Shown here: positions 20,931-31,364 of the stretch, one piece after another
Numbering within the stretch: the first letter of the stretch is position 1
Layout: the number at the start of each line of letters is the position of its first letter
From: an uncultured Gemmatimonadaceae bacterium
GTDB lineage: Bacteria > Gemmatimonadota > Gemmatimonadetes > Gemmatimonadales > Gemmatimonadaceae
Direction: 5' to 3'
Length of the DNA stretch: 64,000 nucleotides
NCBI GenBank assembly: GCA_963761305.1
Contig: CAVXGK010000001.1
Span: 352,001 to 416,000, forward strand
The notes under the pieces: generated by a model
Told to the model about the DNA's origin: nothing
What the model saw: the letters and a program-made list of their open reading frames with translations, nothing else
Databases searched by the model: none
Translations under genes and position numbers: made by a program

Positions 20931-21130
20931 GACGCGCGGCGCACCCGACTGCGAATTCGCGCCATGGCGTCCTCATGGGCGACCGTGCGTCCAGCGCTGG
21001 CGTCGGCGAGCCCGATCCCGATCGCCTGTCGGACGTAGACCTCGTACGCCAAATCGTCCCAGGTCGCCGACTCGGGCAGGCTCTCGACCAAAAGCCGGGC
21101 ATCGGCCTTGATATTGGGTTGATCAGCCAT
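20927..21130 (-). CDS. Putative antitoxin
   Basis: LVESLPESATWDDLAYEVYVRQAIGIGLAD..GRTVAHED, typical of small antitoxins upstream of ParE. Confidence 0.7.
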   Translation of the reverse strand: MADQPNIKADARLLVESLPESATWDDLAYEVYVRQAIGIGLADASAGRTVAHEDAMARIRSRVRRAS

Positions 21131-21291
21131 AGTGGAAAGCTGGGTAGGCGCCGCAAGAGCCGCAATGCGACTCACTTTGTCCATTCACGTGTTCGTTGAA
21201 GAACGCCGCGACGAATGTCGCCGTTATTCGAAGTGCGCGGGCGGGTTGATAAGGACGAATGCAAAGCATTCGCAAATCCTCTGCATACATG

Positions 21292-21969
21292 TCAGACGCC
21301 TTCTTCAGCAGGCAGGGGCGCACCGGGACAACGAGACGGACAGCCCGGCCAGTCATTGCCGCGGTAACGCCCAAGCACCGTACCAATAAACACCACGGTT
21401 CGAAACAGGACGGCTTGGATCGGTCGCGGCATCAACAGCACTGCCTGCGTACGACGATGTCGTAGCACTAGGTGGGCCATGTAAAAAACCGGGGGTCGGC
21501 CGTTGGCGCCTGCGTTCATGACCTCGAAGACTGCCTGCAGATATCGGTCGAAATCCACAACAGGGCGTACATGGCCATGGAACTCGAGCGTGTCGTCGCC
21601 GTCATTCCACCAGCGATGCGCTGAACCGCGCGGCAGCGACACGGGCTCTCCTTGGCCGACCGTGATACGGCGCCCGTCGACGACCGCTGAGAGCGTGCCA
21701 GACCCGACGTGTCCATGCTCGTGCTCGTCAAAGTGAATATGTAGCGGGGGGCCCTCGCGGTGCGGGGGAAGCGTTCCCTCGAGCTCCAGCCACACCTCAT
21801 CACCATGTTTCACGCGCCGAAGCGCCAGCCGTTCGCCGCTGTGTCGGTTTTCCAGAACAAGACGTTGGCTGTCACGCTCACCGATAGCATTCTCCGGTCT
21901 TGACGATGACGAGCGCTCAATATGCGGCCGCGCCGCCGTCGCTTCCAGAGCACGCTTGGGATCTTGCAC
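21292..21969 (-). CDS. Cupin-domain protein (start uncertain)
   Basis: PPLHIH...E...G, PRGSAHRWWN. Confidence 0.8.
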   Translation of the reverse strand: MQDPKRALEATAARPHIERSSSSRPENAIGERDSQRLVLENRHSGERLALRRVKHGDEVWLELEGTLPPHREGPPLHIHFDEHEHGHVGSGTLSAVVDGRRITVGQGEPVSLPRGSAHRWWNDGDDTLEFHGHVRPVVDFDRYLQAVFEVMNAGANGRPPVFYMAHLVLRHRRTQAVLLMPRPIQAVLFRTVVFIGTVLGRYRGNDWPGCPSRCPGAPLPAEEGV

Positions 21970-21974
21970 GACAT

Positions 21975-22170
<196 letters not shown>

Positions 22171-22180
22171 GCGCGTTGGC

Positions 22181-23206
22181 CTAGCGATCGAACTTGGCGA
22201 GAATCGGGGCGGTCTGCCCCGCAGCGATCATCTTGTTCAACGAATCCTCCTCGATGCCGGCCATTCGGCCCAGGACCGTCAGGGCAGCTTCGGCGTGCCC
22301 GATGTAGCGCCAGCGGGCCATCTCGAGGAGCGGCTCGAGGGCGTCGGCGCGAAGTTCTTCGAGCAACTTCGGCTCACGCGTCGTCGTGAGCGCCGCGAGG
22401 ACCAGCGAGGCCTTGTTGTGATCCAACCACGCTCCAGAACGCAGCAGCCGAATGAACGGCTGAGGCGGAATTCGACGAGCCAGGACCGGCTTCGCCGTTG
22501 CCAGGACCTCCAAGGCGCGTACGGCGTTGTTGCGAACCCCGTCATCCGGGTCGAGGCTGGCGTGAACCAGGGCGTCGATCTGCCCGTCGGATTGGCGCCC
22601 GTACCCCAGCATTTGCGCGGCGATGGCGCGATGGTCGCCGTCGGAGGAGGATGCCAGGACTTTGAGCACGAGATCCTCATGCCGCAGCGCGTAATCTCGA
22701 AGCGCCAGTTCCGTCGTGCGGGCCTTGGGATCGTTCGTGAGGGTGTAACCGGCTGAATCCTCCTCGGTCGCGTGCCCGTTCATGACCGCGTTGTTCCAGG
22801 CCTCATCCATCGCCTCGCTCAGCTTGACGGCGTCCTTTGGGAGCCGGACGTCGCCCGCCGGGACAGGATTGAACGCGAGCGCCTCGTACGAGGCGCCCGG
22901 CAACCCGATGTACACCAGGTAGTCCTGTTTGGCGTCGCAGCAGATGAATGCCACGTCCGTCGGCTCGCGGCCGCTGACTCGCTTGATCGCGGCGGCCACC
23001 TGCTTCTTCAGCTGATCCGAGTGGACCTTCGGCGGCGGAAAGCTGTCTCCCGGCTGGAACGGCAACGCGGCTCGGATCGCGGCGACGTCAAGCCCTTTGT
23101 AGCCAAAGAAATCGACCGCGGCCAAGGGTCGTCGGTCGGGCCCGCGGACGGCCGCAACACCCGCCGAGAGTACGACCGCTATCGAGATACCAGTGAGCAG
23201 CTTCAC
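22181..23206 (-). CDS. Secreted HEAT-repeat protein
   Basis: Signal peptide; helical repeats such as DPDDGVRNNAVRAL. Confidence 0.75.
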   Translation of the reverse strand: MKLLTGISIAVVLSAGVAAVRGPDRRPLAAVDFFGYKGLDVAAIRAALPFQPGDSFPPPKVHSDQLKKQVAAAIKRVSGREPTDVAFICCDAKQDYLVYIGLPGASYEALAFNPVPAGDVRLPKDAVKLSEAMDEAWNNAVMNGHATEEDSAGYTLTNDPKARTTELALRDYALRHEDLVLKVLASSSDGDHRAIAAQMLGYGRQSDGQIDALVHASLDPDDGVRNNAVRALEVLATAKPVLARRIPPQPFIRLLRSGAWLDHNKASLVLAALTTTREPKLLEELRADALEPLLEMARWRYIGHAEAALTVLGRMAGIEEDSLNKMIAAGQTAPILAKFDR

Positions 23207-23390
23207 GTGGCGACTCCGCGAAGGAGATCTTCAACAATTGTAACTGGTGATCCGATAGAGCGGCTGAAGGCCTTCGCCCCCACGGCTCGCCTGACCGGGC
23301 CACCCCAGGCGATCTTTCGCGGTCACGACCACCTCGACGACGAGGAGCCTACACAAGTACAAGCGTTCTTACTGTGCATGAGGAGGGTCC

Positions 23391-23756
23391 ATGAATCTCC
23401 TGCTCGTCGCCTGGCTCCTCGCCTACTCGGCGCCTGCGCCTAGCGACGCGCCGACGCGCCTTTGCCCGGACTCGACCACTTTTTTTGAGTTTCAAGTCGG
23501 CGTGCGTGCTCGTTGGATCGCGGATACGGCGCTTGCCGTTCACCCCCTTCCCGCGACCGGCAGCCCGCGGAACCTGGTCCAGTTCGTGGTGGACACCGCG
23601 GGCGCTCCGGTAACCCGCACCTTCCACGCGCTCAAGGTGAGCGATCCCGATCTCGTCGCCGAGGCACGACGGTCGCTCGCGCAATGGCGCTTCACCCCTG
23701 CGGTCCTCGACGGGTGTAACGTCCGGCAACTCATTCAGACCCCTATCGGCCGCTAA
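23391..23756 (+). CDS. TonB C-terminal-like secreted protein
   Basis: VQFVVDTAG, WRFTPA..G..VRQ; RBS GGAGG. Confidence 0.7.
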   Translation: MNLLLVAWLLAYSAPAPSDAPTRLCPDSTTFFEFQVGVRARWIADTALAVHPLPATGSPRNLVQFVVDTAGAPVTRTFHALKVSDPDLVAEARRSLAQWRFTPAVLDGCNVRQLIQTPIGR

Positions 23757-23779
23757 GGCCGGCGGCCACGGACGTAACA

Positions 23780-24328
23780 ATGCGACCCCTTCGCTATTCG
23801 ATCAACGTCACGCTGGACGGCTGCTGCGATCACCGTGACGGGATCGTCGACGAAGATGGGTTTCGTCACGCGGCCGAGAACCTCGACCGGGCCGATGCCC
23901 TGCTCTTTGGCCGGGTGACCTACGAAATGATGGAAGCAGCGTGGCGGGGGCCGGCGCCGGCGGGAGTGGGGGCTGAGTGGATGAAACCCTTCGCCCGCAC
24001 GATCGACGCGGCAAAGAAGTACGTCGTGTCGAACACCCTCGACCGGGTCGATTGGAACGCGGAGCTCGTGCGCGGCGATCTCGCGCAGGCCGTTCAGCAG
24101 CTCAAGTCGGAGTCGGGTAAGGGACTGTTCGTGGGAGGCGTGAAGCTGCCGCTGGCGTTGGCGGAACTGGGATTAATCGATGAGTACGAGTTCGTGGTGC
24201 AGCCCAGGCTAGCGGGTCACGGCCCGACGTTGTTCGCGGGACTGTCGAAGCGTATCGACTTGAAGCTCGTGAGCCGGCTGGAGTTCAACTCAGGGGCCGT
24301 GGCGATGCGGTACGAGCCGAGCAGGTAG
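23780..24328 (+). CDS. Dihydrofolate reductase/RibD C-terminal family protein
   Basis: INVTLDG, LLFGRVTY, KKYVVS, LIDEY..P...G.G. Confidence 0.9.
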   Translation: MRPLRYSINVTLDGCCDHRDGIVDEDGFRHAAENLDRADALLFGRVTYEMMEAAWRGPAPAGVGAEWMKPFARTIDAAKKYVVSNTLDRVDWNAELVRGDLAQAVQQLKSESGKGLFVGGVKLPLALAELGLIDEYEFVVQPRLAGHGPTLFAGLSKRIDLKLVSRLEFNSGAVAMRYEPSR

Positions 24329-24335
24329 CGCCCAA

Positions 24336-24367
24336 GCGCAGCGACCGCGGGTGTTCGGTCGCTGCGC
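24336..24367. terminator. Hairpin between convergent genes
   Basis: GCGCAGCGACCG / CGGTCGCTGCGC 12-bp stem. Confidence 0.6.
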
Positions 24368-24436
24368 CAAGAGATTGTCGATGTGGATCATCCGCCCGAA
24401 TTGAACAGACGCCAGGAATTGCGAAGCGATTCCGCG

Positions 24437-25645
24437 TTACGGCTTTTTCGGTACGGCGCCCGGCTTGAACAGGTCCGAGAGATCGTTGGCGCTTGCCGCA
24501 TCACCGAGAAGCGGCCCGACCCGGAAGATCTCCTGCATCGTGCGCAAATCCGACGAATGCGTGTAGAAGACGGAACTGGCGTACGGAAGGCCCTCGACGT
24601 TGTCGTGCGCGCGAGGAGAGATGACGATCTCGGCGATGGTGTGATCGAGGTCGTCGGGATTGTCGCCAGTCGCGTCCTGTTCGGATTCATCGAACCAGAT
24701 GATGATCGCGCCGTGGTTCTGGTACGCGTTCGAGGCCATGATGGCCGGGATGATCTGACCGAGGAAGTCGTCGCCCTGCTTGATGTTGGCCGCATCGCCG
24801 GTGAGACCCTTGTAGCCGCCGGTGAGCGCGGTGTGCATGTCGTTGAACTGGTTGGGCGTGATCCAGTTGTAGTCCGCCACGCGATCGTCGTCGAGATCGG
24901 TGAACAACTGCTGCAGCGGCGCGTAATTATGCGACAGCGGATTCGCAGTCGACGGGTCGTCGCCGCCGTTCGTGTCGGTGAAGAACACCTGCGGATTGTG
25001 CTTGGCGGCGTAGTTGAACTGGTTGGCCAGGTTGAACTCGTTGACGAAGCCCGCGGCGAACTTCCCGCTGAAGCTGCTGAGAGGAACGGTCCAGAAATCC
25101 GGCGGGAGTGGCACGTTGGTGAGCTGCGCGGAGGTATTTGTCGCGAGATCGATATCCTCCTGATACGATCGCCACGTCCGTCCAGCGGCCATCAGCAAAG
25201 CGCTCAAGTGCTTGTCGGTGGTCTGGTTGGACGGGCTCTTGGCGGCGAATGGATCGTTGTCGTTCAACACGCCGAAATTGGTGCCCGCTTCCGCCCAGAG
25301 GTAGTTCGGCTCGGACGGATGGATGTGCGGATTGTTGCCGCCGAGCGTGGCCAGGACGTTGTGGTAGTTCGTGGCGTACGCGACCTGTTCACTGACGTGA
25401 ACCAGGGAGCCGTTGATGACTGCGAACGCCGAGCCGTCGACGAGACTGTTGATGTACGGCGCGTTGGGATTCTGAAAGATCTGCTGGATCGAACCGGTGA
25501 ACTGATTCGCCGGCTGCGTCCAATTGTGATTCTCCATCGCGATCACGAAAACGGTCTTGATCTGTTGCGCGCCCGCGCGTGTGTTGCCCACGCTGGCGAC
25601 AAGGGCACACGCGCCGAGCGTGCCGAACCATCTGCCATGCGACAT
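24437..25645 (-). CDS. Secreted phosphoesterase (alkaline phosphatase superfamily)
   Basis: VFVIAMENH, HPSEPNY, KHNP, NDMH, IIIWFDE. Confidence 0.88.
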   Translation of the reverse strand: MSHGRWFGTLGACALVASVGNTRAGAQQIKTVFVIAMENHNWTQPANQFTGSIQQIFQNPNAPYINSLVDGSAFAVINGSLVHVSEQVAYATNYHNVLATLGGNNPHIHPSEPNYLWAEAGTNFGVLNDNDPFAAKSPSNQTTDKHLSALLMAAGRTWRSYQEDIDLATNTSAQLTNVPLPPDFWTVPLSSFSGKFAAGFVNEFNLANQFNYAAKHNPQVFFTDTNGGDDPSTANPLSHNYAPLQQLFTDLDDDRVADYNWITPNQFNDMHTALTGGYKGLTGDAANIKQGDDFLGQIIPAIMASNAYQNHGAIIIWFDESEQDATGDNPDDLDHTIAEIVISPRAHDNVEGLPYASSVFYTHSSDLRTMQEIFRVGPLLGDAASANDLSDLFKPGAVPKKP

Positions 25646-25826
25646 CGATTCCTCCGCGTTGAACTGATTGAAACGCCGAATAGAGATCCGAGGCCGCAGA
25701 ATCGCGCGTCCATCCTCCTTTCCAACTTCCGTTCGGTCACGACAATGAAACGCAACGCCGATTTTCTCGGCGGCGTGTGCGCGCGCTCACAAAGCGGCGC
25801 TCGGTTCGGCCCTTGAACCCCTTGGC

Positions 25827-27803
25827 TCAGACTGGACTGAGAGGCGCCAGGGGCGACGCGAGAGCGACAAGCAGCTCATCGACGTCGACCGGCTTCACCA
25901 GATGGAGCGCGAAACCCGAGGCCTTGCTGCGCTGTCGATCGTGCGGCTGACCGTAGCCGCTAAGCGCAATGAGCACGGGCGCCGCGTCGGCGAGCCGGGT
26001 GCGAAGCTCACGGGCAAGCATGTAGCCGTCTATGGTCGGCAGGCCGATGTCGAGAATCGCGATCTGCGGACGAAAGGCGTCCGCCAGCGCGATCGCGTCG
26101 AACGCATTCCCGACAGCGCGAACGTCGTAGCCGAGCGCGGAGAGCAATCGCGACAGCCCTTCGACGACGTCGCGATGATCGTCGACGAGAAGGACGCGAG
26201 TGCCGGCGGCCGTCGAATCTTGCCGACCGTCGTGAGAATTCGTGGGTCGGATCGATCCATTCGTGGCGGTGACCGCGTACGGCAACCGAATGCTGAACTC
26301 GCTGCCCTGCCCTGGTCCCTCGCTGCGCGCCGTCGCCGTTCCGCCGTGGAGCTCTGTGAGCGTTCGTACGAGGGACAGCCCAATCCCCAGCCCACCTTCG
26401 GCCCGGTCGGGGCCGCGCGCACCCTGAACGAAGGTCTCGAAGAGGTCCGGCAATAACGTCGGGTCGATCCCGACTCCCGAGTCGCGGACGCGAAGCACGA
26501 CCGAGTGGTCCTCGCGCACACCCGTGACCGAGACGACGCCGCCGGGCGGCGTGTAGCGCGCCGCGTTCGACAGGAGATTGTCGACGACTTGCGTCAGTCG
26601 CACGGCGTCGCCCACGACTTCGAGGCCGGTCGCGGGCACTAAGACGTCGAGGCGATGACCGCGTTCTTCGAACAGCGCCGAGGTCGCTTCGACCGCCCGA
26701 GACACCACCGTGGCGAGGTTGAGCTGCGTCTTGGAGAGCGTCACCGCGCCGTGGGCGACGCGCGAGATGTCCAGGAGATCGTCCACCAGGCGCACGAGAT
26801 GCTTGACCTGGCGGACGATCACGTCGACGTCCTGACGCGCCTCCGCGTCCACCCGTCGTTCGAGGAGCCGAGCGGACGTGAGGATCGGAGTCAACGGGTT
26901 GCGCAGCTCGTGCGAGAGGAGCGCGAGGAACTCGTCCTTTCGACGATCGGCTCTGCGGAGCGCGTCCTCGATCGCGCGCTGGCCGGTCACGTTCGTCACC
27001 GCGTTGACCAGGTATGGCACGCCGTCGATCTCGCATCGCGCACTGGAAAAAACGACTCGGACGATTCGCCCGTCCTTGGTGCGCTTCGAGACTTCCAGAC
27101 TTCGCTGCGACCCCGCGGCACTGCCCAACGATTCCACGAACGCCGCTCGTTCGCCGGGTGACCAGAGTCCAAGCTCGAGGGACGTCTTGCCGATCATCTC
27201 TTCGCGCGAGAAGCCAAAGAGCTCGGCGAGCGCGTCGTTGATAGTGAGAAATCGTCCGTCCGCCTCGCGCGTGATGGCCAACGGCTGCGGACTCAGTTGG
27301 AAGACCGTTTCGAATATCCGCTCCGACGCTCGTACCGCGTCCTCCGCGGCGCGCCGCTCGTGGATGTCGAACGCCGCGCCGAGCCAGCGAACGACGTCGC
27401 CGTGCGTGTCTCGTACGGGCGCGACGCGCGCGAGATGCCACCGATGCTCCCCGCGCGTGTTGCGAATCCGCGACTCGATCTCGGTCGGCTCGCACGTCTC
27501 GAGGGCGCGTCTCCAGCGGCGCACCAACTCTTCTCGATCGTCCGGGTGTGTCGCCTCGAGTGCGAACGGCGCGCTCCGCGTTTCGCGTTCGCTCAAGCCC
27601 GTAAGATCGAACCAGCGATCGTTGACCCACTCGAGGTGTCCGCGGGCATCGCTGGTCCAGACGATTTGGGGCAGCCCGTTGGCCAGCGCGCGCTCAGCGG
27701 TGTCGCTGGGCGGGCGCGAGGTGAGCTCGTCGTGGTCCCTGCGTCGGGTCAATGACGACACGTGGGGCGAGTCGGGGGAAGTTCGCCGGAAAATGGGCCC
27801 CAC
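25827..27803 (-). CDS. PAS hybrid sensor histidine kinase/response regulator
   Basis: Two PAS domains, SHELRNPL, NLLSNA, GLGIGL, C-terminal receiver. Confidence 0.93.
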   Translation of the reverse strand: MGPIFRRTSPDSPHVSSLTRRRDHDELTSRPPSDTAERALANGLPQIVWTSDARGHLEWVNDRWFDLTGLSERETRSAPFALEATHPDDREELVRRWRRALETCEPTEIESRIRNTRGEHRWHLARVAPVRDTHGDVVRWLGAAFDIHERRAAEDAVRASERIFETVFQLSPQPLAITREADGRFLTINDALAELFGFSREEMIGKTSLELGLWSPGERAAFVESLGSAAGSQRSLEVSKRTKDGRIVRVVFSSARCEIDGVPYLVNAVTNVTGQRAIEDALRRADRRKDEFLALLSHELRNPLTPILTSARLLERRVDAEARQDVDVIVRQVKHLVRLVDDLLDISRVAHGAVTLSKTQLNLATVVSRAVEATSALFEERGHRLDVLVPATGLEVVGDAVRLTQVVDNLLSNAARYTPPGGVVSVTGVREDHSVVLRVRDSGVGIDPTLLPDLFETFVQGARGPDRAEGGLGIGLSLVRTLTELHGGTATARSEGPGQGSEFSIRLPYAVTATNGSIRPTNSHDGRQDSTAAGTRVLLVDDHRDVVEGLSRLLSALGYDVRAVGNAFDAIALADAFRPQIAILDIGLPTIDGYMLARELRTRLADAAPVLIALSGYGQPHDRQRSKASGFALHLVKPVDVDELLVALASPLAPLSPV

Positions 27804-27900
27804 CCGCCATGGACGCCAGCAAAGAGTGTCTACCGCCGAGGCCGGTGACGCGCGACGTGCGGGGTACGTGCGCGCAGCGCGTGCGCCCAGCGGATCGATG

Positions 27901-28497
27901 CTATCGTCGGCTCGCCGGCGGGATGACTCCGTTCATCCGCAGATACACCACCATCTGTCCGTAGTGATCGTACGAGTGAATGAGCGCCTCGGCGATCAGC
28001 GACAGGCGTGTCGCCGTTCCGCCCTGAAACGGAGAGATCGGCGATGGGTGCACCGGGATTCTTCCGTCGCCGATCGCGTCGATCGCCTTCGCCAGCGCGT
28101 CGAACGATCGTTCGAGATACGCGATGTGCTGCGTCTTCGTGACGACGCTGTCCGGCCCCTGCTCGTCGCCGGCGTCCGCCGGCGGTGATTCGCCGAGCGC
28201 CGCCGCGGCCAGGATGTAGTTCGTCGCCGCGAGGTGTTTGATTTCGCGGCCGAACGTACGCACGTTGCTGAACTCCCCGCCCGTGGGCGCGAACCCGAAC
28301 TTGTCGGCCGGCATGGCCTCCGCCGCCTCGACGATGTTTCTCCGAACGGCACCGGTCAGCAGCAAGCGGAAGTTCGCCCGCTCGCGGGCCATTGTCGTGT
28401 CGGCGAGTGTCGTGCGGACAGCGTGCGGTTGCGCGTCGACGTTGTGTGGCGCGAGGCCGATGGCGATGGCCAGCACGGCAATGGAGCGCGTTTTCAT
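27901..28497 (-). CDS. Secreted DinB-family protein
   Basis: AAEAMPADKF, RTFG...H, HSYDHYGQMVVYLRMNGVIPPAS. Confidence 0.88.
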   Translation of the reverse strand: MKTRSIAVLAIAIGLAPHNVDAQPHAVRTTLADTTMARERANFRLLLTGAVRRNIVEAAEAMPADKFGFAPTGGEFSNVRTFGREIKHLAATNYILAAAALGESPPADAGDEQGPDSVVTKTQHIAYLERSFDALAKAIDAIGDGRIPVHPSPISPFQGGTATRLSLIAEALIHSYDHYGQMVVYLRMNGVIPPASRR

Positions 28498-28543
28498 TGA
28501 CGGTCTACTCCCTGCGGCAGTTGGCGGTGCGGTGAACGGCTGC

Positions 28544-28617
28544 ACGCTACCGCCTGAACCGCGGTTCAAGTCAAGGTCCGCGATTCTTGACTTCGACCGT
28601 ACTTCAACTCATAGGAT
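28544..28617. promoter_or_regulatory. Back-to-back MerR-type promoters with 19-bp spacers
   Basis: Minus strand: TTGACT-19-TAGCGT with palindrome TGAACCGCGGTTCA. Plus strand: TTGACT(28587)-19-TAGGAT(28612). Confidence 0.8.
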
Positions 28618-28647
28618 GGTGCAGGGCGACCCCAGTTGAAGGCATCG

Positions 28648-29052
28648 ATGAGGACGAACATGAGGATTGGAGAACTGGCCGAACGAGCCAAGGTGTCCGC
28701 GTCAGCGGTTCGCTACTACGAAAAGGTCGGACTGCTCCCCGCTCCGCGCCGCGTCAACGGCCGCCGAGAGTATGCCGCCGACGCACTGGCGCGACTGGCA
28801 ATCGTCCTCCACGCGCGTCAGCTCGGCTTCAGCATCGCCGAGACCGGGCGCCTCGTCTCTGTCTTTCAGCCGTCGACTCCCTCGGCGCGATGGAAGACGC
28901 TTGCGGCGGCCAAGCTGGTCGAGGTGGACGCGATCATCGAACGCGCCAAGGCGATGCGCACGACGCTCCAGCTCATCAGCAACTGTCGCTGCGAATCATG
29001 GGACGAGTGTGGCCGGGCGCTCATGCGACGGACGATGAAGGCACCTTCGTGA
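28648..29052 (+). CDS. MerR-family (SoxR-like) regulator
   Basis: MRIGELA..SAVRYYE..GLL; C-terminal CRCESWDEC. Confidence 0.9.
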   Translation: MRTNMRIGELAERAKVSASAVRYYEKVGLLPAPRRVNGRREYAADALARLAIVLHARQLGFSIAETGRLVSVFQPSTPSARWKTLAAAKLVEVDAIIERAKAMRTTLQLISNCRCESWDECGRALMRRTMKAPS

Positions 29053-29069
29053 CGTCGATGCTGATCGGG

Positions 29070-29222
29070 CTACGCGACGACGTGAACACGAACGACGGGC
29101 GAGTACTGGCTCGAATCGGACGAGACCCAGCATCCGGACGGCGGCTGCGGCGCTGTGCGAGCGCAGGCGCTTGCGCCAGCTGCGAGGAACGCAGTGACGA
29201 GCCTCGAACCGTGCATTCGCAT
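29070..29222 (-). pseudogene. Cassette-like lipoprotein fragment
   Basis: MRMHGSRLVTAFLAAGASAC; the 5' 48 bp recur at 52022-52069. Confidence 0.45.
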
Positions 29223-29236
29223 CGTTGCCTATCGCT

Positions 29237-29622
29237 ATCTAATGCGTGAGCGAAGTCGCGCTCATAGGTGCCTCACGCTTGCCATTCGCCACGCGCTTGA
29301 GTACAGCAATGCGCCGCCGCACGAGGCAGCGAATGTGCCAAGGAGCTTCAGCGTTCCTTAGGTGGCGCGGCCGTGATCGTCGCGCCACCGTGGTGGGCAT
29401 TGGAATCCGACGTCGCGCGTTGATTTCGGCGCCGGAGGACGATGATGAGCGCGGCCGCCGCGGCGACGAGGGTGAGTGCTACAACCGTCGACCGGATCGG
29501 GATGTCGAATCGAAATTAACCCGGGTACTCGCCGCCGGGATCAGAAGCAACTCGCCAACGATCAAGCATCCGAGGGCGGTAAGGGCGAGTACGATCACAC
29601 GGACGCGCGGCGACTCCTTCAT
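29237..29622 (-). pseudogene. Degenerate gene cassette: frameshifted membrane ORF plus attC remnant
   Basis: AGCTTCAGCGTTCCTTAGGT (29344-29363) matches the attC arm at 55311-55330; the ORF tail reads ...PKER*, like the NER* endings of cassette genes. Confidence 0.5.
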
Positions 29623-30020
29623 CACGGCTCTCTTCTCAACGAACTCTGACAGCCACGTAACGCTGGCTATCCGGCAAGTTCTCGGGCCATCGAGCGCACT
29701 TCAACTCATAAGAATGTTGCAGGGCGAACCGTAGTTGGAAGGCATGGAGGAGGGCGAGCGTCTTCGGATGAAGCCCGTGGGATCAGTGGAAGTTCAGCCG
29801 CCGACGGCGGCACGGACGCCGCCCTCTCCGCAAGCGACGGCATCGCTTGCTCAACGGAGCATCAAATCACTCGCCGGTGTTAGGAAATCACACTCTCGGC
29901 GCCTTCCCTCGCGCCCGGATTGTCCTCCGTCTCCTCGAACTCTACTCTATGCCGAGCGTCCTCGGCCCACGCGTCCTGCTCCACGGCCATCCGGAAGCCG
30001 GCCTCCCCGGAGTTGATACG

Positions 30021-30737
30021 GTGTTCAACCAATCGGCCCAGGTCTACGATCTCATCTACCGACAGTTCAAGGACTACGCCGGCGAGACGGCGCGCCTCGT
30101 CGCCCTGTTGCAGCGCGTCAATTCACGCTGCCGAGTAGTCTTGGATGTCGGGTGCGGAACGGGTGAGCACATGCGACATCTCTCGACGCACGGCCTGCGC
30201 GTCGATGGGGTCGACCTCGATCGGCGATTTCTCGAAATCGCCGCTCACAAGAACCCTGGAGCCCAGCTGTGGCACGGCGACATGGTCAGCTTCGACGTCC
30301 CTGAGCGGTACGACGCCATCGTATGCCTGTTCAGCTCGATCGGGTACGTGCGCACGCTCGAGCGTTTGCTGCAGGCACTTCGCACGTTCCGCCGGCACCT
30401 CGCCGCCGGTGGCGTGATCGTCGTCGAACCGTGGTTCGCGCCCGGGCAGCTCGATCCGTCGTTCGTCATGCGAAACACCGCAGAGGCAGACGATCTGCGC
30501 GTCGAGCGTGTCAGCCACCTCGAGATCGACGGGCGGTTGTCTCGTCTGCGTTTCGACTACACCCTCACCGATGCCGCCGGCGTGCGCACGGCGGCCGAGG
30601 TCCACGAGCTGGGCCTGTTCACGACGGCGGAGATGCAACAGGCATTCGAGGCGGCCGGTCTCGATGTCGAGCACGACGAGCGCGGGCTCGACGGGCGGGG
30701 GCTATTCATCGGCGCCGATCGTCAGACCGGGTCCTGA
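30021..30737 (+). CDS. Class I SAM-dependent methyltransferase
   Basis: LDVGCGTG, GVDLD, GDM, YDAIVCLFSSIGY. Confidence 0.9.
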   Translation: MFNQSAQVYDLIYRQFKDYAGETARLVALLQRVNSRCRVVLDVGCGTGEHMRHLSTHGLRVDGVDLDRRFLEIAAHKNPGAQLWHGDMVSFDVPERYDAIVCLFSSIGYVRTLERLLQALRTFRRHLAAGGVIVVEPWFAPGQLDPSFVMRNTAEADDLRVERVSHLEIDGRLSRLRFDYTLTDAAGVRTAAEVHELGLFTTAEMQQAFEAAGLDVEHDERGLDGRGLFIGADRQTGS

Positions 30738-30761
30738 TGGAGATAGGCCTTGCACGGGCCT

Positions 30762-31364
30762 TCACAGCCACCCTCGCTGGCGTGCCGTCCGCGCCGCTTC
30801 CACCCGGTTCGCGGCGCCGAGCTTCGCTATCGCGTCGGACAGGTAGTTCCGCACCGTTCCCTGGGACAGGCCGAGGGCCGCCGCGATCGCCGCACCCGCC
30901 TTTCCCTCAGACGCGAGCCGCAACACCTGACGTTCCCGGTCATTCAACGGGTCGCGCTCGGTCCATGCCTGCTGCGCTAGTGCCGGATCGACGGCCCGAC
31001 CGCCGAGCGACACGCGCCGCACGGCGTTCGCGAGCTCGTCGGCGGGACTGTCCTTCAATAGATAGCCGGCGGCACCGGCGTCGAGCGCCCGTCGCAGATA
31101 GCCGGCGCGGGCGAACGTCGTGAGTATGATGACGCGCGTCGGCAGCCGAAGACGCGTCACCTCTGCCGCCACCTCGAGTCCCGTCATCACCGGCATCTCG
31201 ATGTCGGTGAGCAGGATGTCCGGACGTAGTCGCTCGACGAGATCTCGCGCTTCCCCGCCGTCGCGCGCCCGGCCGATGACCTCGATGTCCCTCTCGGTCT
31301 CCAGCAGCGCCGCGAGCGCACCGAGCACCATCGATTGATCCTCCGCCACGACGACGCGGATCAT
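30762..31364 (-). CDS. NarL/DesR-type response regulator
   Basis: AEDQSMV, DIEMP, LTTFARAGY, GTVRNYLS. Confidence 0.93.
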   Translation of the reverse strand: MIRVVVAEDQSMVLGALAALLETERDIEVIGRARDGGEARDLVERLRPDILLTDIEMPVMTGLEVAAEVTRLRLPTRVIILTTFARAGYLRRALDAGAAGYLLKDSPADELANAVRRVSLGGRAVDPALAQQAWTERDPLNDRERQVLRLASEGKAGAAIAAALGLSQGTVRNYLSDAIAKLGAANRVEAARTARQRGWL

